NCBI GenBank assembly: GCA_026003895.1
Contig: BPIC01000007.1
Location: 19,473 to 83,472 of the forward strand
Direction: 5' to 3'
Source of the DNA: Dehalococcoidia bacterium
Lineage (GTDB): Bacteria > Chloroflexota > Dehalococcoidia > SpSt-223
Length of the DNA stretch: 64,000 nucleotides
The notes under the pieces are model-generated. The model did not search any database. It worked only from the letters and a program-made list of their open reading frames with translations, and had not been told where the DNA came from. This document shows, piece after piece, positions 53,581 through 63,276 of the stretch (its first letter is position 1; the number at the start of each line of letters is the position of its first letter). Made by a program: the position numbers and the translations under genes.

Positions 53581-54558
53581 TCAGACTGCGTCGACCGCCT
53601 CGCGGAGCGCCTTCAGGTTGGCGGCTGGCACCGTCAGCGGATAGGTGCAACCCGGCGCCAGGATGAGTCGTCCGCCGGTGGCCGCGATCGATTGGCGCAC
53701 CTCGTTGGCGACGTCGTCAGGTGCGCCGTGCAGAGCCGGGCCATTTTGGTCGAGTCCGGCGAAGGGGATGGTCTGAGCGGCGCCTTCTGCGAGTCTAGGC
53801 GGCGTTTCACGGTCGTGCCACGAGATGCAATCGACCGGCCAGCGGAGGGCAGCATCGAAATACGCGCCCTTGCCATGGGCGTGGGCGACGAGGATTCGGG
53901 CACCTGCTTCGCGCAGCCGGGTGAGCACGTGCCGGTCCCAGGGGTCGCCAAATCGGTCGAACAGATCGCGCGGCATGGTTGCTGGGTGGGCGTGCTGACT
54001 CGAGTAAAAGATGCCGTCGGCGCCGGCCTCAAGCATCGCGACGCCGGTTCGAGCCACGTCGTCGGCGATTTGTTCGAGGGCGGCGGCGAACTCCGGCGTC
54101 TCCATGATCTCACGCGTCAGCGAGTTGCCGACAAGCCGAGCGGCGACCGTGAGTGGGCCGAAAACTGTCTGGAGAACGGGCGTGTCACCGACGGCCTCAC
54201 GCACGATGCGCACCGTCTCGACCTGCTCGCCGACCGCGCCCCACGTGAGCGGAAGCGTCGGCAGCCGGGCCCAGTCTGCTGGGCCGTGCACCGGGAACTC
54301 GACGATTTGGGTTGTCCCAAGATCGTTGCGCGCGAGCACGGTCTTGACGCCGTAGTCAATCGCTTGGTACGAGCCGGAAGGAGTGATCTTGACGATGTCG
54401 AGGTCATACTCACGCTGGAAGTGGATCACGACCGGGGCGAAGGAGGCGGCGGCGAGGTCCCGGCCTGGCGCATGTTGCCAAAAGGTGAGAGGGGGTCGGT
54501 CCGTTTCTTGTCGTCGCAGCGTCGCGTAGACGCGTTCGCGATGGGTCATGCGTGCCAT
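53581..54558 (-). CDS. Uroporphyrinogen decarboxylase (URO-D)/MtaA-like family protein
   Basis: Start at ATG 54558 (MARMTHRERVYATLRRQETDRPPL) after GGAGGA. About 325 aa TIM-barrel pattern of the URO-D family. The track ORF has a spurious 5' extension. Confidence 0.7.
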   Translation of the reverse strand: MARMTHRERVYATLRRQETDRPPLTFWQHAPGRDLAAASFAPVVIHFQREYDLDIVKITPSGSYQAIDYGVKTVLARNDLGTTQIVEFPVHGPADWARLPTLPLTWGAVGEQVETVRIVREAVGDTPVLQTVFGPLTVAARLVGNSLTREIMETPEFAAALEQIADDVARTGVAMLEAGADGIFYSSQHAHPATMPRDLFDRFGDPWDRHVLTRLREAGARILVAHAHGKGAYFDAALRWPVDCISWHDRETPPRLAEGAAQTIPFAGLDQNGPALHGAPDDVANEVRQSIAATGGRLILAPGCTYPLTVPAANLKALREAVDAV

Positions 54559-54602
54559 GCCATCCTCCGACAACACGATACACGACCGGCCGACGGCGCT
54601 GC

Positions 54603-55310
54603 TCAGGTGGGGGGAAGGGAGAGCGCACGGACGGCGTGCTCGATCTCGTCGACGAGGCGAGCCGGCGCCACGTTGCGCGTAAAGTGAGCCGGGCCAAAAC
54701 GCAGAATGAAGCGGCGGTAGTCCGGCGGCGCGGCCCAGATCCCCGCCGGGATGATCGGCACCGGACCGGCTCCAGTCCGTTCGGCACGGCAGACGAAGCG
54801 AACGAAACCGGACCGGAACGGCAGGATGGTCATATCGTCGGGTTTCGTGCGCCATTCGGGATCGATCGTTGGGTAGCCTTCCGGGAAAATCGCTACCACC
54901 TCGCCGGCCCGCAGCAGGGCCGCTACCGCTTCCCCCGCACGACGCAGGTAGGGTACCACGTCAGTGTCACGATAGGCGGGTCGAGCCCGGCGGGCGAGTG
55001 CCTCGCGGCGTAGCAGCACTGGCCAGCCGAGCAACTGACAGCCGGCTTCGAGGAGCGCCCGGCCGCGAGGTCCTGGCGCCCAGTCGGCAGCGACGACCAG
55101 CCGAACGGGCCGGGGCAGCCGCGAAATGAGGATCGCGCCGTCGTAGAGGTGATGAAAATGACGGGCGGCGATGAGCACTGGACCGCGGGGTGGGAGATGC
55201 TCGAGGCCCTCGATCGTCAGGTCAAGGCGCAGTCGCGTTCCGATGGCGGCGACGGTCCGGCAGAACGCCCCAGCGATGCGACCAACCGGGGTCTGCCAAC
55301 TGGCGGTCAC
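54603..55310 (-). CDS. PlsC-type (lysophospholipid) acyltransferase
   Basis: IAARHFHHLYDG (HxxxxD block) and VAIFPEGYP (FPEG block). GTGA overlap with the upstream gene. Confidence 0.75.
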   Translation of the reverse strand: MTASWQTPVGRIAGAFCRTVAAIGTRLRLDLTIEGLEHLPPRGPVLIAARHFHHLYDGAILISRLPRPVRLVVAADWAPGPRGRALLEAGCQLLGWPVLLRREALARRARPAYRDTDVVPYLRRAGEAVAALLRAGEVVAIFPEGYPTIDPEWRTKPDDMTILPFRSGFVRFVCRAERTGAGPVPIIPAGIWAAPPDYRRFILRFGPAHFTRNVAPARLVDEIEHAVRALSLPPT

Positions 55311-56173
55311 CCGACTCGGGACGGGCGGCGCTCACCTTCTCCGAGGGGATTGACCCGCAGCGCCGGAAGCCGCGGACGGAGCAAAAGGACCGCGGGCAGA
55401 ATGCCAAGCCCCGCCGCGAGCGCCACTGGCGGCCAGAGGCCGTACCCCGCGCAGAGGACCATCGCCCAGAGCAGGTTGGTGACATAGACGAGCAGCGGGA
55501 AGCCGGTTGGTGCTCCCGCGGCATTGCTCCGCCAAAGGAGGCGAGCGACCGTCATAAAGGTGAACCCTGTCAACATCCAGCCGATGAAATTGCGGACGGG
55601 CATCCCGTAGTACGGCCCGGTTTCGTGCCAGACCCAGAACTTCAGCCGCAGCCCCTCGTACGCCATGGCAGGGTCGAGGACCAGATCCCAAGCCGTGAGA
55701 AACCACACGCCGAGGGCGATTGCGAGCGCTCCGGCAGGCCGCCAGCCGTGGCGTGCCACGATCCCCGTGCCGATCAGGTAGGCAGCGAAGCCGAGGTAGA
55801 ACCACGAGAGCGGAATGGTGTACGGGACGAGGTCGAACACCATCCAGCCGAGCCCGCCGGTATACGAGTAGGGACCGAAGGGGATGCCAGCGCCCGTTCC
55901 GGCGAGTTCGAAGGAAAGTGAGATGAGCGTCGCGGCGCCGAAGAAGATGAGCGTCTTGCGTCGGCCGACGAAACGCCACCCGAAGACGAGCATCGCCGCT
56001 GCGCCGAACCAAATGTGGAGAGCGCCGAGGTATTGCATGCTGAAGGCGTAGGTCTGAACGCCCAGTGGACTGCTACTCCAAAGCTGGGGGTTGGGCGCCA
56101 TCACCAACATGCCGACGATCCCGAAGACGAGGGCAGCGACGTGAGCGAGGTACAGGCCGCGGACGAGCGTCAT
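55307..56173 (-). CDS. cruF: Carotenoid biosynthesis protein family (PF04240, CruF-like) membrane protein
   Basis: Start at ATG 56173 (ATGA overlap with the GT2 stop). Polytopic. WVWHETGPYYGMPVRNFIGWMLTG resembles the G(V/M)P..NF.GW core of the family as I remember it. Confidence 0.6.
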   Translation of the reverse strand: MTLVRGLYLAHVAALVFGIVGMLVMAPNPQLWSSSPLGVQTYAFSMQYLGALHIWFGAAAMLVFGWRFVGRRKTLIFFGAATLISLSFELAGTGAGIPFGPYSYTGGLGWMVFDLVPYTIPLSWFYLGFAAYLIGTGIVARHGWRPAGALAIALGVWFLTAWDLVLDPAMAYEGLRLKFWVWHETGPYYGMPVRNFIGWMLTGFTFMTVARLLWRSNAAGAPTGFPLLVYVTNLLWAMVLCAGYGLWPPVALAAGLGILPAVLLLRPRLPALRVNPLGEGERRPSRVG

Positions 56174-57345
56174 GCTGGTGCTCCTTCTACCAGAATTCGG
56201 CCACGCCACAGGTGGCGGCGCCGGAAGAGGCTGACCCAGATGGCGATCAACGCGGGTGCGTCGGCGAGAGGCGAGAGCCAGTAGCTCCAAGGACGGGACG
56301 GGTACGCCGACGCGGCGCCGACGAGGACGCCAATTCTCCCCGCAAGCAGGACGAAGTTGAGCGCAGCGAGTGCTCGGCCGACGTTCGAACGGGTCCGCAG
56401 GAGGAAAGGAAGGAGGAGCGACGGGAGCGCTTGGATGAGGGTGGCTTCAATAAGCCCACGAATCGCGAGCGGCCTGCCGAATTGGTCGACGAGCGGTAGG
56501 GAGCGCGGCCAGTTTCGCCAGATCGCCATCGCCGAATCGTACATCTGCACCCACGCGAGGCTGGGCGCCTCCGCCATTGCAACGCGCTCGCCAGCGGCGA
56601 CGAAGATGCGCGCGAGTGTCACATCCTCGCAGCGCGAGCTTCGTATCGGATGAAACCCGCCGAGTTCGGCGAGAGTGCGCCAGTGGACAAGAAGGCACTG
56701 GCCATTGGCCTGGGCGACGTCGACGGTCCGCGCGACGGTTCCGGGAGGGCCGAGCCGGTACACCAAGGTGGTAAGGAAGGCGGGGTGAATCAGCGCGTCG
56801 AGCCATCCTGCGAGGCGTTGCTCGATCGCGGCGGAGAGGAGCGTCAAGCGTTCGCGCTCGGCGAAGGCAACCAGCGACGCGGCGAGGGCCGGCGCAGGCC
56901 GGACATCGGCGTCGACGCAAAGGAGCCACGGTGTGCGGGCAGCGCGCCGTCCAACCTCAAGTCCCCAAGCCTTCCCATTCCAGCTGGGCGGAACAGGGCT
57001 CGCATCGAGCCAGCGGACCCGTCCATCCCGTGCCGCTGCGGCCTCGACCAATGCGCGAGTGGCATCGACCGAACCGCCGTCGACGACGAGAATCTCGGCG
57101 ACCTCCTCCCCTTGACGAAGCAATCCCTCCAGACACGGTTCGAGACGCTCTTCCTCATTCAGCACCGGCACGATCACGGTGACGGAATTCGGCGCAGCGC
57201 GGGAAGGCGTGATTTGTCGGGCGGCGCGCCGCCGCAAAAAGCGGGCGACGACGCGCCCGGCGGCGGCAAGCTGGGCAAGGAGAAGCGCGGCTCCAAGCAG
57301 AGTCACGAGACGATGATAGGTGAGGTGGGCAAGCGAGAGGAGCAT
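56170..57345 (-). CDS. Family-2 glycosyltransferase with C-terminal TM segments
   Basis: VTVIVPVLNEEERLEPCL, ILVVDGGSVDAT, LLCVDADV (DxD-type). N- and C-terminal hydrophobic helices. Confidence 0.8.
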   Translation of the reverse strand: MLLSLAHLTYHRLVTLLGAALLLAQLAAAGRVVARFLRRRAARQITPSRAAPNSVTVIVPVLNEEERLEPCLEGLLRQGEEVAEILVVDGGSVDATRALVEAAAARDGRVRWLDASPVPPSWNGKAWGLEVGRRAARTPWLLCVDADVRPAPALAASLVAFAERERLTLLSAAIEQRLAGWLDALIHPAFLTTLVYRLGPPGTVARTVDVAQANGQCLLVHWRTLAELGGFHPIRSSRCEDVTLARIFVAAGERVAMAEAPSLAWVQMYDSAMAIWRNWPRSLPLVDQFGRPLAIRGLIEATLIQALPSLLLPFLLRTRSNVGRALAALNFVLLAGRIGVLVGAASAYPSRPWSYWLSPLADAPALIAIWVSLFRRRHLWRGRILVEGAPA

Positions 57346-57416
57346 TTCATAATTGTTGTTGCGGAGGACTGCAGGTACGTATGATCGTGGGAGAAATTAC
57401 CGCTTTAGGTGAAGCG

Positions 57417-58994
57417 ATGAGCAGATTGAAACGCGCCTTCGTCGGCCCGCTCCTCGGCCTTGGTGTAATCGCTACGGCGTGCGCTCCGACAGCGCCCGCC
57501 TCGCCTGCTCCTGGCCCATCGCCTCAGGCGCAGCAGCTCGCCGAAACGCAAACCCTGACGCTCGGCTACCCGAATGTCCCGGCAAACCTCGATCCCCACA
57601 CGAACGTCGGTGGGACGGTCCGCAAATTCGATATGTTCGAGACGCTGGTTTGGCTCGACGACACCGGTCGCGAAGTGAGGCCGCTGCTTGCGACAGAATG
57701 GCGGCTGGTGGACCCGACGACGTGGCGGTTTACGTTGCGATCCGGCTCGAAATTTCACGACGGCACGCCCCTGACCGCCGAGGATGTCGTCTTTTCGTGG
57801 AATCGGGTGACCAATCCCGCGCTTCGCTCTCAGGTGCCCGGCAACGCGCCCAGCATCGCGTCGATCAGTGCGCCCGATCTCGCCACCGTCGAAGTGAAGA
57901 CCAAAGCGCCAAGTCCGCTCCTGTTGCGCCACATCGAGCAGTTGGCCATCGTACCAAAGGCCTATCTCGAGCGTGTCGGCGATGAGGAATTTCGGGCCAA
58001 ACCAATTGGATCGGGACCGTTCCGCTTCAAGGAGTTTCGTCCGGAAGACCGCGTGGTGGTGACCGGCTGGATGGAGCACCCCTTCCGGAAGCCGACGCTG
58101 ACTGAAGTGACGATCCGAGCCATACCGGATCAAACCGTCCGAGCGACCGGCTTGCGGCTGAAGGAGCTTGACGTCGGATTGCAGCTCGGTTTTGACAGCG
58201 CCGAGGCGCTGCAGCGCGAGGGACTTGAGGTGGTCTCTCGATCGACAGGCGTGATTGGCGTGCTAATGGACAGCGTCGGCGGTGGCGGCATCGAACCCGG
58301 GCCCATTGCCGACAAACGGGTGCGCCAAGCGCTCGCCTACGCCGTCAACCGCGAAGAATTGGCGAAGGGGCTTTTCCGAGGCTTTTCGCAGCCGGCTGGC
58401 TATCTCATCCGTGAGGGCGTTTTTGGCTATAACCCCGAGGTCAAGCCGTACACGTTTGATCCGGCGAAGGCGAAGCAACTCCTCACGGAAGCGGGCTACC
58501 CGAACGGATTCAAGCAGGACCTCGAATACTGGAACTTCTCGGCGAACATCAACAATACGGCGCTCTACCTTCAGGACCAGTTCAAGAAGAACTTGAACAT
58601 CGATCTGGAGCTCAAGCCGCTGGAGTCGGCGATCTTCGTCCAGAAGATCTACAAGCGCCAGCCGATTGCGTCGCTGTATCTCGGGGGGCTTGGCACGGGC
58701 ACGGACGCTGACTCGTCGTTGGTCTGGTACTGGTCCGAGAACCCATCGTTCGGCAAGCGCTACAACAATCCCGAATTCGACCGCGTGTATTTGGAGAGCA
58801 CCCGCGAGCTGGATCCGGCGAAGCGGGAGAAGCTGCTCCAGCAGGCCATCGCCATTTTGCAAGAGGACCCGCCGTGGCTCGGGCTGGTGACGAATGTCGA
58901 CGTCTCGGCTTGGCACAAGACGGTCAGCGGATTCACCCCGCGCGGCTTCGAGAATGGTTATCCTCGCTTTGACGAGATCAAGCGCGTGAAGTAA
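57417..58994 (+). CDS. ABC transporter substrate-binding lipoprotein, family 5 (peptide/nickel type)
   Basis: MSRLKRAFVGPLLGLGVIATAC lipobox. LTLGYPNVPANLDPH..., WRFTLRSGSKFHDGTPLTAEDVVFSW, typical SBP_bac_5. No permease or ATPase genes lie adjacent. Confidence 0.8.
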   Translation: MSRLKRAFVGPLLGLGVIATACAPTAPASPAPGPSPQAQQLAETQTLTLGYPNVPANLDPHTNVGGTVRKFDMFETLVWLDDTGREVRPLLATEWRLVDPTTWRFTLRSGSKFHDGTPLTAEDVVFSWNRVTNPALRSQVPGNAPSIASISAPDLATVEVKTKAPSPLLLRHIEQLAIVPKAYLERVGDEEFRAKPIGSGPFRFKEFRPEDRVVVTGWMEHPFRKPTLTEVTIRAIPDQTVRATGLRLKELDVGLQLGFDSAEALQREGLEVVSRSTGVIGVLMDSVGGGGIEPGPIADKRVRQALAYAVNREELAKGLFRGFSQPAGYLIREGVFGYNPEVKPYTFDPAKAKQLLTEAGYPNGFKQDLEYWNFSANINNTALYLQDQFKKNLNIDLELKPLESAIFVQKIYKRQPIASLYLGGLGTGTDADSSLVWYWSENPSFGKRYNNPEFDRVYLESTRELDPAKREKLLQQAIAILQEDPPWLGLVTNVDVSAWHKTVSGFTPRGFENGYPRFDEIKRVK

Positions 58995-59002
58995 GAGGCG
59001 GC

Positions 59003-59019
59003 TCCCCGGCAGCGCCGGG
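59003..59019 (+). terminator. Short GC hairpin after the SBP gene
   Basis: ccccggc-agc-gccgggg forms a 7-bp stem, 9 nt after the TAA at 58992-58994. No U-tract. Confidence 0.3.
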
Positions 59020-59090
59020 GGCTAGCACTCAGCCACCAAGGCCTGCCCAATCCCTATACTGACGCAATTCCGTTCTGGAGGCGGCAGAGC

Positions 59091-61958
59091 ATGGGCGTTC
59101 CCCACGCCTGGGCACGGCAGGCAATGGTGGTTTTCTTTTCGCTGAGCCACGCGCTGACCCCGGCGGGCGCCGGCGCCGTGGACGTCCTTCCCGCGGGTGC
59201 GGCGGCTCCAATTGCTGAGCCGCCTCTCGCCGCCCGCTACGCCGTCTCCGCAGCAATAGGGCGCGACCTTGAGGTCTTCCATGCCCAGCTGAACGGCGGC
59301 CGCGCCCACTTTCAGAACCTTGCGCACGGTCTGCGCGCCATCGTGGATGGTGGCATGCTCGAGGTCGAGGCTGGGGCCGACCGATGGTCCGCGCGGCTCG
59401 CGAGCTGGGGACGAGGCGCCAATTGGCAACCGCTCGACTTCGAAGCGCCGCGCGGGTCGCTCAATCGAGTCGAGGCGCACAGCACCGGGCTCACCGCTTG
59501 GGTCCAAAATGGGCCGCTGGGGATTCAGCAAGGCTGGACGATCGAGACGCGGCCGCCCGGTGAAGGTGTCCTTGGGTTACGGGTGCGGCATGCCGGCACG
59601 CTGCGCGGTGTCATCGAGGCAGACCGGCGTGGTCTTGCGCTTACGGCCGGGGAGGGGTGGACGGCGCTCCGCTGGACCGGCCTCCTCGCGTGGGATGCCA
59701 CGGGCCGCGAGTTGCCGGCCTGGCTCGAGGGCGACGGCGACGAGACGGTCGTCCGCGTGAACGATGATGCGGCGGTCTACCCGGTGACGGTTGACCCGTG
59801 GGTACAGGCTGCGCGGCTGACCGTTGCGGGTGCGCTCGATGGCGACGAGCTGGGCGTTTCGATCGCGATCAGTTCCGATGGCAGCACGATCGTCGCTGGC
59901 GCGCCGCATTGCGGGTGCTCGGCGGAAGGTGGCAGGGCCTACGTTTTCTTGCGCCCAAGCGGTGGCTGGACAACGACCTCCACCTTTGCGGCCCGGCTCG
60001 GGCTCCCGGCGCCCGGCGCCGGTGACCGCTTCGGCGTCGCTGTGGCCTTGAGCGCCGATGGACGTGTCATTGTCGTTGGTGCGCCGAACGACGATAGCGT
60101 GGCCACCAATGGTGGCGCAGCATACGTCTATCTTCGCCCTGCCAGTGGCTGGACGTCGACGAACGCGCCGGCAGCAACGCTCACCGCTGCCGCCAGCCAA
60201 CCGGGGGACACCTTCGGCCTCGCGCTGGCGCTTAGCGGCGACGGGTCCACGCTTGCGGTCGGCGCCCCGGGCGTGGACTTGGATGCTGCCGAGGCGGGGG
60301 CGGTCTACGTGTTCCTCCGCCCGCCGGCGGGCTGGGCGACGACGAATGCTCCGGCGGCGCGCCTCACCGCCTTCGATGGATTGGCTGGGGATAGTTTCGG
60401 CTTGGCCGTGGCGGTCAGCTTCAATGGCGACACCATTGTCGTCGGGGCGCCCAATGCCGATGCTCCGGACGACGATTGCGGCGCCCTCTACGCGTTTACC
60501 CGACCGGCAGGCGGCTGGGTGACAACGAGTAGCGCAGCGAAACTGCTCCAAACGGACCCCGATCCGAGCGACTTTCTGGGTTGGGCGGTCGCGATCAGCG
60601 CTGACGGAACGACGATTGCTGGTGGGACCGCCTATTTCTTCGCGTATCCCGGTGGGGTATTCCTCTTCGTCAGGCCGGCGAGTGGCTGGGTTTCGACGAC
60701 CCAGCCAACAGCGCGGATTACCGCCGACAGCGAGAGTGATGGCGCGGGCTTTGGCACAAGTCTTGCACTCTCGGCCGACGGCGGACTGCTGGTGGTCGGA
60801 GCGCTCTACGCCACGGGCCAGCGGGCGGCAACCGGGGCAGTTTTTGTGTATACCCGGCCTACCGGTGGGTGGACTAGCACTTCAGCATTCACGCAGAAGC
60901 TGGTGGCGGCGGATGGTGCGATCCAAGACCAGTTCGGCGCGGCAATTGCGGTGACCCCGGATGGCGCATCGATCGCCGTCGGCGCAAACAACTTCATCCA
61001 GAACAGTGGCGAACAAACTGGGGCAGCCTACGTGTTTGTTCGCCCGACGATCGGCGGAATTAGCCCCGCCAGCGGTTCGCCGGGAACCGTGGTGACGATC
61101 GACGGTGTCAATCTCGAAGGGGCCACGTCGGTGCGGTTTGGCGGGACAGCGGCATTGAGCACGACCATTGTGTCATCGAGCCGGATTCTGGCGACGGTCG
61201 CTTTTGGATCATCCGGCCTCGTTGAGGTCGAGTCGCGCGGGATTGTCGCCGCCTTTGGCCCATTCACGTTCGTACCGGGCCCGACGACAACGGCGATCGC
61301 CGGTGTTTCGCCGAGCCCGGCGCGGGTGGGCGAGAGCGTCGTTGTCAGCTTTACGGTGTCCTCGGCGCTTGGGCCGCCGACAGGAAGGGTGCGCGTCTTC
61401 GATGGGGCGGCGAGCTGCACGGCGACAGTGGCGGAAGGACGCTGCTCGCTCACCTTTGGGTCGGCGGGACGGAAGACATTGCGGGCAGAGTTCGAGGGGA
61501 GCAGTGCCTTCGCTGGGAGCACGTCGCTTCCCGTCTCGATTGATGTGAAAAACCCAACGAAAACGCAGATCGTTGAGGTGGGCCCCAACCCCTCAATCCT
61601 AGGACAGAATGTGGTCGTCCGCTTTGACGTTGATGCGGCGCATGGCACGCCGACGGGAACGGTGGTGGTAAGTGACGGCCGAGTGAGCTGTCAGGCGCCG
61701 GTGCTCGCGGCGCAGTGTGCCCTTCCGTCGACGGTCGCTGGCGTTCGAACGATCCGGGCGAGCTACTTGGGAGAGGGGGACTTTTTGCCGAGCACGTCGA
61801 ACCCGATCGACCAAACGGTTCTCGCGCCGACGCCGACGCCGGATGTGACGCCGGCGGTGGGAACGCCAACGCCCGCGCCCTCGCCGACCGCGACTCGGCA
61901 GCCTGATGGCCGCCAACGCTACTACATCGCCGCGGCTGGGGCTGGGTCGCCGTCCTAA
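59091..61958 (+). CDS. Secreted FG-GAP-like (integrin-alpha-type) 7-blade propeller protein with IPT/TIG and two Ig-like domains and a PT-rich tail
   Basis: Seven repeats of FG.A(V/L)A(L/I)S.DG.T(I/L)(V/A)VGAP....GA(A/V)YV(F/Y).RP..GW. IPT-like ISPASGSPGTVVTIDGVNLEGATSVRFGG. Two Ig-like modules. Tail APTPTPDVTPAVGTPTPAPSPTAT. Confidence 0.8.
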   Translation: MGVPHAWARQAMVVFFSLSHALTPAGAGAVDVLPAGAAAPIAEPPLAARYAVSAAIGRDLEVFHAQLNGGRAHFQNLAHGLRAIVDGGMLEVEAGADRWSARLASWGRGANWQPLDFEAPRGSLNRVEAHSTGLTAWVQNGPLGIQQGWTIETRPPGEGVLGLRVRHAGTLRGVIEADRRGLALTAGEGWTALRWTGLLAWDATGRELPAWLEGDGDETVVRVNDDAAVYPVTVDPWVQAARLTVAGALDGDELGVSIAISSDGSTIVAGAPHCGCSAEGGRAYVFLRPSGGWTTTSTFAARLGLPAPGAGDRFGVAVALSADGRVIVVGAPNDDSVATNGGAAYVYLRPASGWTSTNAPAATLTAAASQPGDTFGLALALSGDGSTLAVGAPGVDLDAAEAGAVYVFLRPPAGWATTNAPAARLTAFDGLAGDSFGLAVAVSFNGDTIVVGAPNADAPDDDCGALYAFTRPAGGWVTTSSAAKLLQTDPDPSDFLGWAVAISADGTTIAGGTAYFFAYPGGVFLFVRPASGWVSTTQPTARITADSESDGAGFGTSLALSADGGLLVVGALYATGQRAATGAVFVYTRPTGGWTSTSAFTQKLVAADGAIQDQFGAAIAVTPDGASIAVGANNFIQNSGEQTGAAYVFVRPTIGGISPASGSPGTVVTIDGVNLEGATSVRFGGTAALSTTIVSSSRILATVAFGSSGLVEVESRGIVAAFGPFTFVPGPTTTAIAGVSPSPARVGESVVVSFTVSSALGPPTGRVRVFDGAASCTATVAEGRCSLTFGSAGRKTLRAEFEGSSAFAGSTSLPVSIDVKNPTKTQIVEVGPNPSILGQNVVVRFDVDAAHGTPTGTVVVSDGRVSCQAPVLAAQCALPSTVAGVRTIRASYLGEGDFLPSTSNPIDQTVLAPTPTPDVTPAVGTPTPAPSPTATRQPDGRQRYYIAAAGAGSPS

Positions 61959-62106
61959 GCACTGCGCGGTGGTCGACGCGCCATCCCATGCGCGTTCCCA
62001 TTCTGGGCGTTGCGGGGAATCGACGGGATGCTCGCCTCGCGGAGTCGGCTAGCTCGCCGTGACAGGTGGGCATCGAGGGCGCGTTGGCTGGGGGCGGAGG
62101 GTCAGG

Positions 62107-63276
62107 CTACCCTCGCGAGGGGTGGCGCTGAAAGAAGGTCGCAAGACGGCGCAATGCTTCCTCGATGCGTTCGAGGGAGTTGGCGTAGCAGAAGCGCAGA
62201 TAGCCTTCGGCATTGCCGCCAAAGTCGACTCCGGGTGAGCAGGCGACGTGCGCGTCCTCGAGGATCCGAAACGCGAGCGCGCGCGAGTCGGAGCTCCAGC
62301 GGCGGGCGTCGGCGAGGACGTAGAACGCGCCGGTGGGCTCGTGCCGGAGCGTGAAGCCGATCTCACGCAGCCCGGCGATCAGCCGGCGCCGTCTCCGGTC
62401 GTACTCGGCACGCATCCGGGCCACCTCCGGGCCTCCGTGGCGGAGGGCCGCGACGCCGGCGCACTGAGCAAAATCGGCAGCGGAAATGAAAAAGTTCTGG
62501 GCGAGCTTCTGGATTGGTCGGACCAGTTCGTCGGGGACGATCAGCCAGCCCAGCCGCCAGCCAGTCATCGCCCACGCTTTCGAAAAGCCGTTTAGGACGA
62601 TGGCGTTCGGGGCGAATTCGAGCATCGTCCGTTCGCGGCCCTCGTAGACGAGGCCGTGATAGATCTCGTCGGAGATGATGGGCAGGCCCGTGGCGGCGAG
62701 GTCGGCCATCGTCTCGGCGGTGAGCAGTGTGCCCGTGGGATTGGACGGCGAGTTGATGAGGATGGCCTTCGTCCGGGGGCCGAGACGCGCCTCGATCTCG
62801 CGAACGTGGAACTGATAGCCGTCGTCGGGATCCAACGGGACGAATCGAGGGATGCCGCCGAAGAAGCGGATGAAGTTCGGATAGCAAGCGTAGCTTGGGT
62901 CTCCGAGGATGACTTCATCGCCCGGTTCGAGGAGGGCCGCCATCGTCATCCAGAGCCCGGGCGAGGTGCCGGCCGTGACGATCACTCGCTCTGGCGAGAC
63001 GGCGACGCGGTAGGTCGTCCAGTAATGCTCGGCGATCGCCTCGCGCAGCTCGCGGCGGCCGAGGCTGTGGGTATAGTGGGTCGCGCCGGCGTTGAGCGCA
63101 GCAATCCCGGCGGCGCGGATCACCTCTGGCGTGTCGAAGTCCGGCTCGCCGATCTCGAGGTGGATGACGTCTTCGCCGGCGTGCTCGATCGCTTGCGCGG
63201 CCTCGAGCACTTCCATGACGATGAACGGCGAGATCGCTCCGGTGCGGGCGGCGCTGCGAAGGTTGTCACCCTTCAC
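62107..63276 (-). CDS. Class-I pyridoxal-phosphate aminotransferase (aspartate/aromatic type)
   Basis: HLEIGEPDFDTP, INSPSNPTG, NGFSKAWAMTGWRLGW (PLP lysine block), RFCYA. Confidence 0.85.
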   Translation of the reverse strand: MKGDNLRSAARTGAISPFIVMEVLEAAQAIEHAGEDVIHLEIGEPDFDTPEVIRAAGIAALNAGATHYTHSLGRRELREAIAEHYWTTYRVAVSPERVIVTAGTSPGLWMTMAALLEPGDEVILGDPSYACYPNFIRFFGGIPRFVPLDPDDGYQFHVREIEARLGPRTKAILINSPSNPTGTLLTAETMADLAATGLPIISDEIYHGLVYEGRERTMLEFAPNAIVLNGFSKAWAMTGWRLGWLIVPDELVRPIQKLAQNFFISAADFAQCAGVAALRHGGPEVARMRAEYDRRRRRLIAGLREIGFTLRHEPTGAFYVLADARRWSSDSRALAFRILEDAHVACSPGVDFGGNAEGYLRFCYANSLERIEEALRRLATFFQRHPSRG

